This document shows positions 36,801 through 51,400 of a stretch of DNA of 54,631 nucleotides, piece after piece. The first letter of the stretch is position 1. Each line of letters starts with the position of its first letter. Origin of the DNA: Octopus bimaculoides (Eukaryota); the NCBI RefSeq assembly GCF_001194135.2, contig NC_068986.1, positions 60,454,836 through 60,509,466 on the forward strand. Direction: 5' to 3'. Made by a program: the position numbers and the translations under genes. The notes under the pieces are model-generated. The model did no database searches and was not told where the DNA came from. It saw only the letters and a program-made list of their open reading frames with translations.

Positions 36801-39800
36801 GAGGTCATGGTAGAAAATTTTTACGATACTTGATTTCTGGAAAAGATGTTAAATTTTTGAAATGCAAATCTGTGAATAAAAATTAAGTTCAGACCTCTAC
36901 ATGGTAGGTAGACCTGATAGAAATAGCAGCCAAATCTCCCTCAAAACACCCTAATGTATTAATGTGACAATTCTGCATACTATGTAGTTTGAATGGGAAA
37001 CTGTAACTAAAGATGAAAATAATTAACCCCACAAAGAGGTGAAAGAAGAGAGACAGCATAGTGAAAGTTTTGGCTGAAGTCCCCTTGTTGCTGTGTGAGC
37101 AACTGGTTGTTTTAATGGTGGAACAAAGAGGGGATTTGCATTAGAAATAGTTTTAATCGATTTTCTCGGTAAGTATGGGGACTAGGAAAAAATAGAAGAG
37201 GCATTAAGAAGTTGACGTGAAGAATTGCTTTAACAGTTAGAAAATGTTTGACATTTCAATCATCACCAAAAAATAAAACTGTAAGAATTTATGGGGAAAT
37301 TGTATGTAAGAAGTAAAGCAGAAATGATTTGTAACTGTACTGCCAAAGTTCTGCAACTTAACAGCAGATGTATCCGATTTAAGAAAAGTGATGATAAAAG
37401 CTAAGTTGAGAAGTATGGAATAAGTCATTGTTATATGCTTATAGAAAAAATAGACACATACCTTTTTAGAGAATAAAATGTAGGTGAGAGTTATTGTATT
37501 AGATGTTTGTCTAATCAGAGAGCAGAAATTGAAAGAAGATATATGAAATGAACGTGTGTGTGTGTATGTGTGTGTCTTTGCAGATAATTTGGTAGGAGTT
37601 TTGCAGTCAGCCCGAGGCTGTTTGTGTTTATCTCTTGAGTCGAATTGTTGTGAATTTGTCTGTAATAGCAATGCCCGGACAAGTGAAAATATTTTTTTAA
37701 TGTGGTTGGGGAAAAAAGGGGATCTTTTGAAGTCGGCGTGAAAGCAAAAGACAGAGAGAGCGTGGTTGTATGAGTGAAGTTCTTTTGAAGTTGCATGAGA
37801 CGGAAGAATTGATGTGTGTGCGTGTGTGTGTGTGTTTGATGGGATGTGCAAGACAGAATGTGTGGTGTGTATATGAATTGCTTTTGTGAGTGTGTGTGAA
37901 GAGACAGAGAGAGTAATGTTGATGGTGTGTATATGAGAGAGAGATAACTGAAATTTTTTTATTCAGTTTTTGTAGTGAGTGATTGACAAAGAGAGAGAGA
38001 GAGTGGTTATGTATGCATGTATGTATGAATGACTTCAGTGACACACACACACATGCATACAGGTTGTTTTAATCAATTTTGTCGGTAACTGCAGTGGCTA
38101 GGAAAAAATACAAACTGCATTCCAATCTATGCACCAGTCTCCACGTGTGCCATTTTTCATGCGAATCCACCCAGCTATTTGACTGTGAACCTCAAGACAA
38201 GAAATAATACAACGTTCGCCCATGTCAAATTTATATTATAGATTACCAGCCAAACACTGACCTAATAGCAGGCATTGGGATCTTTCCCTACAATTGCAAC
38301 TGCGATTATTATTATTATTAGCATTACTTATCCTATTATTAATATTTATAGTGTCATCATTTGGGGTACCACTCAAATTTTGTGTATTATCAAGTGTTAT
38401 GTCACCATTATTAGAGTTATTACAATAGGTATTATTACTTATATTTATTAACCCTACTGCCTTGAATTGTATCATTAGATATTATGCCATCAACCTGTAA
38501 TGGTTGCATTTGGGGTACTTCTTGGTGTTTCATTTGTGGTTTATTGGCTCCATTAATATTAGCTTTGCTGACTGCATTGTTACAAGCTGAGCGTGGGTCA
38601 TCAGTATTATACTTGACACTATTGATTCTTACTGCTATTAGAATCATTAATATGGGTTAATCCACTATTACTATTATAATTATTAATGTTGCAGGCTAAG
38701 TTTATATTTTTTCTGTTCAAGAGGGCTATAATTGTACCTAGATTTGAAAGGGTAGAGTATGAGACTCTGATTCTCCTACAAGAGAAGAGTTTGCTATATC
38801 AATGTGAAGCTGGGAAGTTTTTCTCCAAAATCACCATAAATTTATTATATATATTAGTAGACATTGCGCAATTGAAAGAAAGGCTATACTAGACCATATC
38901 ATTATTCTTAGTATTCTCATGTTTATGAAAACGGATCTTATTCAGTCCTCTGCCATCTTTTGAACCTCTAGTTAGATTAATAATGTTATTATTATCAGCA
39001 TTTATGTTATTGTTAGAATTGACTCCATTCTTCTCATTGGTATTATTATGCATGCAAGATATTTTACCATCCTTAGTATCTATTTTATTATTGTTATACA
39101 TCTTATTCTTTATTTTAATAGGAATGTTATGGGCAATTATGGTAGATCTATATGCTAGATAAGATGAACCTTTTTCACATTTTCATTTTCTTGATTGTTT
39201 AGTTGATTTCAAACTTTCTGAATTAAGGAATGCAATCTCCTGATTGTATCCTGCCTTAAGTAGAGTAGAGTTATAGCAGTGGGAGTATGAGTTAAATATA
39301 TCAATATTAGCTGATAATTGTGTAATTCTGCTTGAAATTCCTGTTACTAATGATTTTAATACATTTGGGGGATGATTAGAGGTTCTGTTCACATAGTTAC
39401 CTCATCTGGTTTTCTATAGGTGTAATACAAACCAGAGTTAAGATTTAGTGTAACATCTAAGAAGTTAACTACCTCAGTGTCATATTCAAAAGTGAGTCCT
39501 AGGTGAAAGCTTTTGATGAATTTTCTGATTTTCTTCCTCATTCTTTCTATGATGGTTTTACTATTACTAGGTATAATGAATCATCCTTATATAGACCACC
39601 CTATAGTTCAGGGAGTTGGCTACTAAGACAATTTAGGAGGTATGCATCAACCAAATCAGTAACTCGGGCTGAGTCACTCAATATCAAAATTATCAGGTGT
39701 GTCACATCTCGTCCACAGTCTACCCTCATATTCTATAATGGTTTTCCTAGCTAAGAGAATATCGTTTTTATCCCAGGTTATAAGAGAGAGCCCTTTAGTG

Positions 39801-39830
39801 AAAACCAGGGACCTACATAAGAAAATAGGG
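33890..39830 (-). mobile_element. 5'-truncated Penelope-like element (RT, Asn-rich linker, GIY-YIG, long AT-rich 3' pseudo-LTR), split by a Helitron
   Basis: GGLYKDDSL; NHPPNVLKSL; RSCNCRERSQC..GQCLAGN | IIYKCTV..STSLSMKIWELK..LKWDI..CKLC..E; the left (3') boundary is approximate. Confidence 0.85.
36079..38242 (-). mobile_element. Non-autonomous Helitron (~2.16 kb)
   Basis: Minus strand begins 5'-TCTATAATATAAA and ends ..ctgggtgaaaccgggctcagctgCTAG-3' with a subterminal hairpin; inserted at A|T with no TSD; removal restores the PLE frame. Confidence 0.85.
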
Positions 39831-39877
39831 GAGATGCTAGAATATTAACTGTTGATATCAAACTATATAAAGAAGTA

Positions 39878-40077
39878 CAGTAATCCCTTGCCATATTGTC
39901 GTTTATTATCTAAGCTTACATCAATTCTTCCATGGTGTTGTTTTGCATTTATAATAAAATAAATATATACAGATTATAAAAAAAAATATACAGTACAGTA
40001 CATTTTCTATTTTGGGGATTTTCACCTATCACAGGGGGTTTTGGAATGTAACATCTGCAATAATCGAGGGATTATTG
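39878..40077. mobile_element. Tigger/pogo-type MITE (200 bp)
   Basis: Imperfect TIRs cagtaatcccttg / cgagggattattg flanked by TA on both sides. Confidence 0.75.
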
Positions 40078-40323
40078 TATTTACTTACATTTTCAATAGA
40101 TATGAACCAGTGTATTACTTCATGAGTATTTAAGAGAGAATTTAGGAATTATAAGGGGTAAGACCATAATCAGAATGGATTTGCTGAGTGTTTGGCAGGT
40201 AATATTATATACAAATGTGCAGTAATAACAGAAACTAATAACTTAATTTAAACGGGTGCTCTGTAAATATATTAAAAAAAAAGAGCTGTCATACACAAAT
40301 AGCCAGTATTAATGTGAACTAAG

Positions 40324-41755
40324 TTGTATGGAGATATATGAGATATTCAAATACAGAGGTAAACAAAACCTAATTAATAATGAATTAGATCTTAAAGTGT
40401 CATGTGTTCATAGGATTACCCGTACCTTTAAATATACTTTTAATATTAAGTACTTCATTTATATTTTGGGAGCAGGAGTTATCCAGGGTGTCATATCATT
40501 CATAGCCTACCCTCTATTATCTCAAAATCTATTCAATAATGTTTTCTAATAACTCTTAACTCCTTTGATCTATAAATTTCCAATTATTATATTATATATT
40601 TACCACTTCAGTATTGGGAATCTCTTACCTCATAGTATAACATAAATTTTACACTGGATCACTAAATCTCACACCTCTCCTAAGTATAAAGTATACTGCC
40701 TAAGATCTGTTATATTCTACCTAGATCAGTGTCTTTGATGTATTTTAAAAATATGTTATAAACCCATTTCCAAAGGTATTTTTATTTCCATTAATATCTG
40801 ATACATATATTTTATATTGTATTAATAACATGTGTAGGAATTTTTTTCAATATACCAATATAATTTATAAAATAATCCTTATTCTATTTTTTTAAATTCT
40901 AAATCCTTATTTATATCTCTTTTATACCTCTTATATCATTCTGTAAAAAATACCTCATAAAATTTTTATATTTCATATTATTAAATTTTTATGTATTTAT
41001 ATAGCCTCTTATACATTTGTGTAGCTTCTATAGCTTATAAAAGATTTGACAGTTTATAATTTCTTTTCATAAAACTCACTGTATAATATATTTTTTATAT
41101 TTGTAATTATGCATTATATTTTATATTTGATATTTTTATACATTTGTATATCCTTTTATATACTTTCTTAGTGGTTATAATTTATAAATTATTTTTTTTT
41201 TATAAGTTCTTTTATATAATTTACTGGATATGGGAATTCTAACTTTATTATATTTTTTAGTCATGCAATATATTCACTAAGTGTTTACATACCCAAATTG
41301 GTTTAAGTATTGTATCTGAATGTACTCCCTTATACATTTAGTATACCTCTAATTCAATTACCCTATATATTGGATACCATTTTTTATGATATCTTATATT
41401 TATCCACCCATAATGATGGGAATAGTTCTTATATTAGTTTAAAATGTACTATGAATTTCTATTCATATGATAATTTAATTCCGTTATACATTCATTATAG
41501 AATGCTTTTATCATGATCTATACACTATGTTTAAGAAAAATCTTAATATTTTTTCTTATATATTAAAGTATTTCATTATTAGGTTTTAAATTTAATTTCT
41601 ATCCTTCTTCTACATTTTGATTAAAATTTTCTCACTTTAATATTATAAATTTTTAAAGTTATATTTTACTACCTCCCTTATCCTTTGATTCTAAATTCTA
41701 CCCCTAAAGTTTGTATTACTTATCCCTTTGTTTTTTCACTATATTCCCCTTTAAT
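40324..41755 (+). repeat. Inverted copy of PLE endonuclease end + pseudo-LTR
   Basis: Reverse complement of 34379-35832, over 90% identical by eye; right end cut by an RTE tail. Confidence 0.92.
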
Positions 41756-41880
41756 ATCATCATCATCATCATTTAATGTCTGTTTTCCATGCTGGCATAG
41801 GTTGATCTGGCAATGTTTCTACAGCTGGGTGCCCTTCTTAATGCCAACCATTCCGGGAGTGTAGTGGGTACTTTGGCCAT
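41756..41880 (-). mobile_element. Short RTE 3'-tail fragment
   Basis: (CAT)n-ttaatgtctgttttccatgctggcat..tttctacagctgggtgcccttcttaatgccaacc. Confidence 0.8.
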
Positions 41881-42479
41881 CCCTATCCTTCTTTCTTCTA
41901 AATACCACCTCTTCCCTATCAGAACAAACATGTCTCAATTAGATGATCACCATGCTGAAATGACTAGAAGTAGGAAGAGGTTGCTAGAGGCATGAGTGGC
42001 AAGAGGGACAACTGTGAAGGGTGACTTGAGGTGTGGATGGTTTGAAGAATAACTGTGAACCTGAAAAATGTGTATGTGTGAGCATGCATGTGTGTGTATA
42101 CTGTGTGTTTGCATGTTTGTATGTCTGTATATATATGTTTATGCATGTATATGTATGAAGCTATTGTATGTATATTGTGTGTGTCTATGTGTGTGTAAAT
42201 GTGCATATGTTTGCCATACTAGATAATGGTATTCAGTAGAATAGAGGTAGCAAATTCAGGTGTTTGGGAAATGTAGGTGTATTATATATTTGCTACTGCA
42301 AATATGGGTGACTAATGGAAGTGTGGGTGCTAGAGTGTGTGAAGTATGAAGGAATGTGTGTATATGCTGGTTGAATGTGTTGGTGTGTGTGGTGTTGGGT
42401 AATTCGTCCAACAGTAAAGTGTAGGGATGGGGAAGAAGTTGAGAGGACAGTGGGAAAGTAAAAGGTAGGTGGTGTGTGT

Positions 42480-44560
<2,081 letters not shown>

Positions 44561-44914
44561 TAGGCCAGTGAAGTAGTCTTTTTTGTTAGATGCAGGTGGA
44601 GCGTATATTGTGGTTAAATGTTCAAAATACGAAAGTAGAAAAACAGCCAACAACTGATGAAGGGCTATTCTTTATGTTGTTTGTCTTGTTTTCCATTTGT
44701 GTCTTTCGTTGTTCGAAAAAATAGTTCATAATCCATGTATTCATACTTCGTATTTTTTTGTTGTACATGTTTCATGATGTCCTGTGCCCACGCATGCATA
44801 TATATAGACATATAAATGTATGTACATATACGTATGTATATATGCATATATATATATATATATATTATAATTATATGATTGAACACCATGCATCCTCTTC
44901 CAAGTAAGTTTTAT

Positions 44915-44918
44915 CTAT

Positions 44919-44958
<40 letters not shown>

Positions 44959-45180
44959 ATATATATATATATCTTATTATATGTATTCAAATTCCTAATG
45001 ACTGAAGATTAGCATCATGCTTGAAACTCAGAGTACCAATGAATTTGAACCAGACTGTTTTGATCCATATTACATGCATATGTATAATATATGCATGTAT
45101 ATCTATCTATCTATATATGTGTATATGTCTGTATGTATATGTCTATATACATGCATACATATATATATATATATATATAC

Positions 45181-45245
<65 letters not shown>

Positions 45246-45262
45246 AGTGTATNNNNNNNNNN

Positions 45263-45305
<43 letters not shown>
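44915..45305. repeat. Compound microsatellites (TCTA)n, (TA)n, (GA)n
   Basis: Direct inspection; the duplicated (GA)n-atcagtgtat around the 10-N gap suggests an assembly overlap artefact. Confidence 0.9.
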
Positions 45306-45420
45306 AGTGTATCATACTTAAAGTAGATACATCCCCGAAAGTCTAACTGTGGTATTTGTTCTGAGTTAGTATCTCTTATAGATGTACAGTGTATTCTATT
45401 TACATATAGTGACACCACTA

Positions 45421-45656
45421 CATGCACATTATTTACGTTTGACGGATATTTGGCCTCATCTTGTTTGTTGTTAACATAATGTTTCGGCTGATATACCCTC
45501 CAGCCTTCATCAGGTGTCTTGGGGAAATTTCGAACCTGGGTTCTCATTTCTAAGGTATTTTGCGATGCCATTATTATTATTCAGGTCACTGCCTGGAATT
45601 GAACTTGGAATCTTGGGGTTAGTAGCCTGCGCTCTTAACCACTACACCACATGTCC
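45421..45656 (-). mobile_element. tRNA-headed SINE with hammerhead-like body
   Basis: A box TGGTGTAGTGG, loop CTACTAA, B box AGTTCAATTCC, (AAT)n, then the ribozyme-like core. Confidence 0.8.
45473..45518 (-). ncRNA. Minimal type I hammerhead ribozyme core (degenerate copy)
   Basis: GACAC-CTGATGA-A-GGCTG-gagggtatat-CAGCC-GAAA-CA-T-T-ATGTT: intact CUGAUGA and GAAA boxes, perfect 5-bp stem II, partial stem I; the stem III tetramer is ACAT rather than palindromic ACGT. Confidence 0.65.
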
Positions 45657-45670
45657 GTTAACCACTACAT

Positions 45671-45789
45671 GGGCATATGGCGTAGTAGTTAAGAGCGCGG
45701 GCTACTAACCCCAAGATTCCAAGTTCGATTCCAGGCAGTGACCTGAATAATAATAATAATAACAACAACAACAACAACATCGAAAAATA
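45671..45789 (+). mobile_element. Second copy of the same SINE, head-to-head with the first, running into a gap
   Basis: GGGCATATGGCGTAGTAGTTAAGAGCGCGGGCTACTAACCCCAAGATTCCAAGTTCGATTCCAGGCAGTGACC with A and B boxes. Confidence 0.85.
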
Positions 45790-46268
45790 NNNNNNNNNNN
45801 NNNNNNNNNNNNNNNNNNNNNNNNNNNNNNNNNNNNNNNNNNNNNNNNNNNNNNNNNNNNNNNNNNNNNNNNNNNNNNNNNNNNNNNNNNNNNNNNNNNN
45901 NNNNNNNNNNNNNNNNNNNNNNNNNNNNNNNNNNNNNNNNNNNNNNNNNNNNNNNNNNNNNNNNNNNNNNNNNNNNNNNNNNNNNNNNNNNNNNNNNNNN
46001 NNNNNNNNNNNNNNNNNNNNNNNNNNNNNNNNNNNNNNNNNNNNNNNNNNNNNNNNNNNNNNNNNNNNNNNNNNNNNNNNNNNNNNNNNNNTATATATAC
46101 ACGCACAATTCAAGAAAGAGTGAAAGAGATGTGTATAAAAAGGAAAGAATGAAAAGAATGAAAGACATAAAGTAGCTTGGAATCCCCAAAATGGGCACAA
46201 ATAACAAAAATAAAAAGATCCCCAAATTCCTTCAGTAATAACTGTAGTTAAATGCCTGTGGTACAACT

Positions 46269-46445
46269 TTATTTAATACCATCAAGTAACATCTCAAGGT
46301 TGTTTGGGTCAACATCTGCCCAGTAAGGGAGTATAAATGGCAAATTCTTTGTCAGTTCCTCTACCAAAGGGAGTAACAGAGAGAACAGAAAACAGGAACC
46401 TTTGTTTGATAAATGAAGTCCATCATTCAGCATTTCTTTCCAGTT
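46269..46445 (-). CDS. IAH1: Isoamyl acetate-hydrolyzing esterase 1 homolog, last coding exon (58 aa + stop): NWKEMLNDGLHLSNKGSCFLFSLLLPLVEELTKNLPFILPYWADVDPNNLEMLLDGIK
   Basis: Acceptor ttttctgttttatttag|AAC; catalytic DGLH (SGNH block V) and LPYW.DV match the human IAH1 C-terminus [41 protein letters not shown]; upstream exons were not found in the window. Confidence 0.92.
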   Translation of the reverse strand, partial: NWKEMLNDGLHLSNKGSCFLFSLLLPLVEELTKNLPFILPYWADVDPNNLEMLLDGIK

Positions 46446-47889
46446 CTAAATAAAACAGAAAATAAATATTTTACATTTTTTATACATCCATACAAGTAAT
46501 ATAGAAAATCAGGAGGAGGATTTTGGATCTATGGGTCTTTTTTTCCCTACATTTTGTTTTTATTTATTTATCTTTGAATATTTCAAATTGAGAAAAGTAA
46601 AGTATTTTCATTAAGTAAATGTTGGAGGTTGTAGATTTCTCAAATTGATATACTATGGGAAATAAAAACCAAGACTATAGCCAAAGAACTGGTGAGGAGT
46701 TTGTATTTTCCCCATCAAACTTTACATATAATGTATTTATTGAAGTAAAATATGTATTTTTACTAAATTTTTTTTTAAAGCTTATAAGTTAGAGATATGC
46801 ATTAAACATGAAAACTAAATGTTGCTCAACTTTCCAGTTGTAAGTGTGAGGCATATTTCAGACATAGTAAATTACATCTACTGTCCAAGTTAACTTGCAC
46901 AATAGATGAGCTTATGTTGTAATGAAAACTTTAAATCAATATAATTATTTTTTGGTGATAGTGATAAGTAAGGCAATTTTTTGCTAAAAAGTTAAAATTT
47001 ATAAAAATGTTCATTTCAAGGTTAAAGACTTTTTTTTTAATGATTAATTATTGTAATTAATCACTTTTGAATTTGAAGTTAAAATTGTGCAATAAGGTTG
47101 AAATAAGGTTTAAAAAAATATAATTTTATTAGAAAGAAAAATTTTTTTTGACTAGCTACTGAAAAAAAGAAAATATCGCTGATATATATTTTCATGTATT
47201 GATTAAACCTAAATTTGATATATATTTCTGCTAGTTTTTAGTAGAACTGTTGTATTGGACTACCACGTTGGAGCTATTTTTAGCACTTCCTATGACTTGT
47301 CTTACTCTTTGATATTAAAAATTATTTGACATCATGTGCATTCAGTCATTTGAATACAACCAAATGTCTAGCATGTCTGTATAATTTTTCTGTAAGACAA
47401 ACTTCCATCTTCAAGGTACTTTTACCAATATTAGTTATTGGTAATCGATACCAACTACTAATATTATTTGCATATTTTTGTCCCATTCATGAATCAGGCC
47501 TCTTCAAGAATAGAGTTATTTACTACCATCCAATTGTAAATGTATTTACTTACAGTTTTAATTCTTTGCACATGTTATTTAGGAATTTTAAATTTACCAT
47601 CCGAAGTAAGTACTTTTTGCCATTCTTTTCACTATATGTAAATGTACAGTATGCTAGCTGTTTCTTAATAATATTTCGATATATATTTTTTATGTATCAT
47701 TTTGTTCTTAACTATCATGTAAATTTTTATCCAAGGTTAATTGAACTGAATCATTTTCTCTCACTGTTGTGTTGCTGGATCTTTTTGAAGTCGATTGTAG
47801 AGTCATTTGTCACTACCTTATTGAGCTGCTTTTTCTTGTTTTAAGTAATTTTAAGTTTGATTATTAGGATTTTCTTATTTTTAACTTAG

Positions 47890-48430
47890 ATGCCAAAGCT
47901 GAAAAGAAGTCATGCGGCAAAAAAATTTACAGATAAATTCTCAAAAGAACTTGTAGACTCACAGTAACCAGTTACACTGTAGACTGTGCCTTGTTGATGT
48001 CAAATGCAACAAAAGGCATTTTCTTGAGTCCCATAGAATGAGCAAAAATCATCTTAAATAGACTACTAAAAGTGAACAGCTACCTATCAAATCATTTTCA
48101 TTTACCAAAAACAATAAATCTTGGGGTGCAATGGTGACCAAAGCATTTCTTGAGGCCAACATTCCTTTGCATAAACTCACTAATCCAAGTTTGAGAAGTC
48201 TTTTTTATTCTATCGATATGCCACTGCCATCTCAATCTACATGCCGAAAATATGTTGACATGCTTAGTGCAAACACAGCTGATGACAAAAAATTGTTAAT
48301 GTACTTATTTTTTTTATAATTAAAAATTTATTTCCTGTTCTTGTTACAGTTGAAGACAGCACAGCCAGGGGACTGTGAAATCTTGTACAAAGTTGTTATA
48401 AGATGTAGATGAAGAAGTAGAAAACAGGAC
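47890..48430 (+). mobile_element. hAT-like (CGGBP1-related) transposase remnant, 5' part
   Basis: VTKAFLEANIPLHKLTNPSLRSLF..LPSQSTCRKYV; DVDEEVENR just before the LINE. Confidence 0.7.
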
Positions 48431-51400
48431 TTTTTTAAAAAACAAAAAAGAAGTCAGGACTACAAACTACAACACATTCACTCACCAATCGCTCCTAAAA
48501 TTTTCAGACAATTACAATAAGTTCTTGGGGTTCCATGTAGTTAAAACTAGTAATATGATTATGAAGAGGCAAGAAGTTACAACACGAAAAGGATTACTTA
48601 ACATTTGCAAAATCATGGTAGAGCATCCGCTTTTTATAAAAATATCTTGCTCACTTTTATTAAAAGATATGTTCTTTTCAATAAGATACCTATCATGTAA
48701 AAAGTGTCTAAAATGTTTGAAGCTAAGAGTAGTTTTTAATACTTTACTTATATATAAAAAAAATTTAGCTAACAATAATAGTAAGTCAAAAACACCTTCA
48801 GTATGTATATTCTTTCTCAACCCAAACACAATAAGCTGTAGGTCAAAGTTCATGTTGTGAACATGCAAGCATTTTCCATACAGCAATATAAGAAAGTGTT
48901 GCCAAAAAGCTTGTGCATGTTCACAATACCAAAAAAGGTGTGTTATTGTCTCAACTTCACATTGACAAAAAGTGCAGAAGTTGTTTTCAGCTAATCTGAT
49001 CTTAAAAAGGAGAGATTTAGTTGTTAAAATACTATGTATAATTGTAAACTGAAACCATCACAATTTAGTATCCCTTGCCGTCTTTATAGGTTGTACAAAT
49101 ATATTTTCCTATTTTAGTTCACATACTCTTCCCATTTATGTTGGAATTTTGAACAAATATCAGATGCGCTAAAAATATAATAATAACACTTAGCTCCTAT
49201 CTCAACAGACATGAGTTTTCGAACAGCAGCATTATCATCTAATTGTTGAAAAGAAGTAGGTTTGCTTATTTTTAACCTTGTTTGGTAGCTTTTAATAGCC
49301 ATGATAAGACCATTATAATAAAGAAAATTGATATCAAGTTCAAAAGTACTCTGGAATTCTTCAAGGGTACGATATGATCCATCTAAGTTGATAAAATCAC
49401 GAATCTGACTAACACCCCTCTCACAACAAAAGATTACCTCTTTACCAATTTTTAAGTGCTTATTATGATAGATTGGTTCTGTTATGAATTCATCAAATGA
49501 ACTAGGCTCTGTCTTATTTGTAAACTTATCAAAAGCAGAGATACAATCATGCCAAAAATCATTCTTAATATCCTTGGAGAGTTTATTTGGAAAAATGTTA
49601 CCAAATACAACTAAACTTTGCAGTTTTGGGGAGGAGGTATAGCACAAATGTTTCCATTTGAATTTATAATTAACATCCAACAGCTTATTCATTCACGATA
49701 ACTTTAAAGAACTGACATAAGCAGAAGCTTCCACCATACCAAGTCTGCCCCCTTTAACAGCAACAACTCTCTTGATCTTATCGGGTTTTCCACTCCAGAG
49801 AAATTTAAATAACATTTTGTTTAATTCTTGAAGAAATTTGCCAGGTGGATTTGGGAGGGTAAGGAAGAGATAATTCAATTTTGAAATGAGCAATGACTTT
49901 ATAACAGCAATTCTACCAGGTGGTGTGATTCTTCTATTGATCTCAAATAATCTATTTTCAAAATTCTTTTTAGCTATAACATAAATCTGTTGAAAATATT
50001 ACACCCAGAAGCTTGAAATAATCTGGGTTCCATTGTATGTTTAAACAAGGTAAGTATCTGACTGGGCTATCGCTTCTTGCACCTATCCACATCACCTGAA
50101 ACTTATCATAGTTAATTTTAAGTCTGGATATATCAACGAGAAAATTCAAAGTGTCAACTGTAGCTTTGAAAGACTTTTGCGAACCATCTAAAATGAACTC
50201 TGTATCATCTGCATACTGCATCAACAAATACTCCCCATTGTCAACTGTAATTCCCTTAATATCATTGTTCTTTCTTATAAGACCAGCCAGGACCTTGACA
50301 CAGAGGATGAAAATATATGGAGAGAGAGGATCACCCTGCTTACAGCCCTCCTCAATAGGAAATCAAGGAGAAATGTACCATTAATACTCAAACAAGATCT
50401 AGCATCATTGTAAAGAATATTGAACCACTTATGGATGTCCTCACCAAAGCCAAAAAATGAAATGATAATGCCTTGTTTATAAATGACCATGAAACAGAAC
50501 CAAATGCCTTCTTGAAATCAATTAAAAACAACATTCCCAGTATATCATTGGGTTCTGTGTAATTCATCAAATCGTATACCAGTCTTATGTTATCACCAAT
50601 GTATCTGTTAGACATGAATCCTGTTTGATCAGTACAGACCAACTTTGGGAGAATACTTTTGAACTTCTCAGCAATAACAGATGAAAGAAGTTTATAGGCA
50701 GTATTGAGAAGTGAACTAGGTCTCCAGTTCTTCGAGAAATGCTTGGACTTATCTCCTTTTGGAATACAAATAATGATACCTTGCTTCTGTGTCACTGACA
50801 GATAACCATTAGCAAAGCTATAATTGAATGACCTCAACAGGAATGGAGATAAATCTTCCCAAAAGAATTTATAGAACTCATAAGTGAATCCATTTGATCC
50901 TGGACTTTTATTGTCCTTTGCCTTTTTCAAACATTTCAAAAGTTCGTCATGAGCCACTGGGACTTCCAATGAATCAGAATCTCCCTTACTAAGCCTATAC
51001 AAATCCCCTTCAGAAAAAAGTTCATCAAGGTCACAATCTTTCAACACGTTCCTTGAAAGAAGATAATCCTTCATAAAATGACGTTACTTCAAGAACAATA
51101 TCATTTGTACTTTCTACAGTAGACCCATCATCCAACTCTAACTGGGACATGCCTTTACTTACAAAATTCCTATTTTCTAGATTGTAAAAATAATGGCTAA
51201 CCTTCTCCCCTTCATTTTGGCCCTTGTGCGACTAATAATGCTCCCCTACCCATTTTTGCTTTATGAATCTCCATTTTGACTCTAAATTTGTTTTAAAATG
51301 AAGAATATGAAATAGATTTTCCTCTAATTTTCATTAATAGAGTTTCCAAAAATAATTGATCATTTACAACAAATTCAATCTGAGACAAATTAACTGTACT

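Noticed and set aside
45577-45745. Possible tRNA genes with anticodon ACT
   Set aside because: The acceptor stem is not closed, both heads run into the same (AAT)n SINE body, and tRNA-Ser would be expected to have a long variable arm; treated as SINE heads.
47326-47844. 172-aa plus-strand ORF
   Set aside because: It is Phe/Leu/Ile-rich, typical of T-rich noncoding or antisense sequence, with no recognisable motif.
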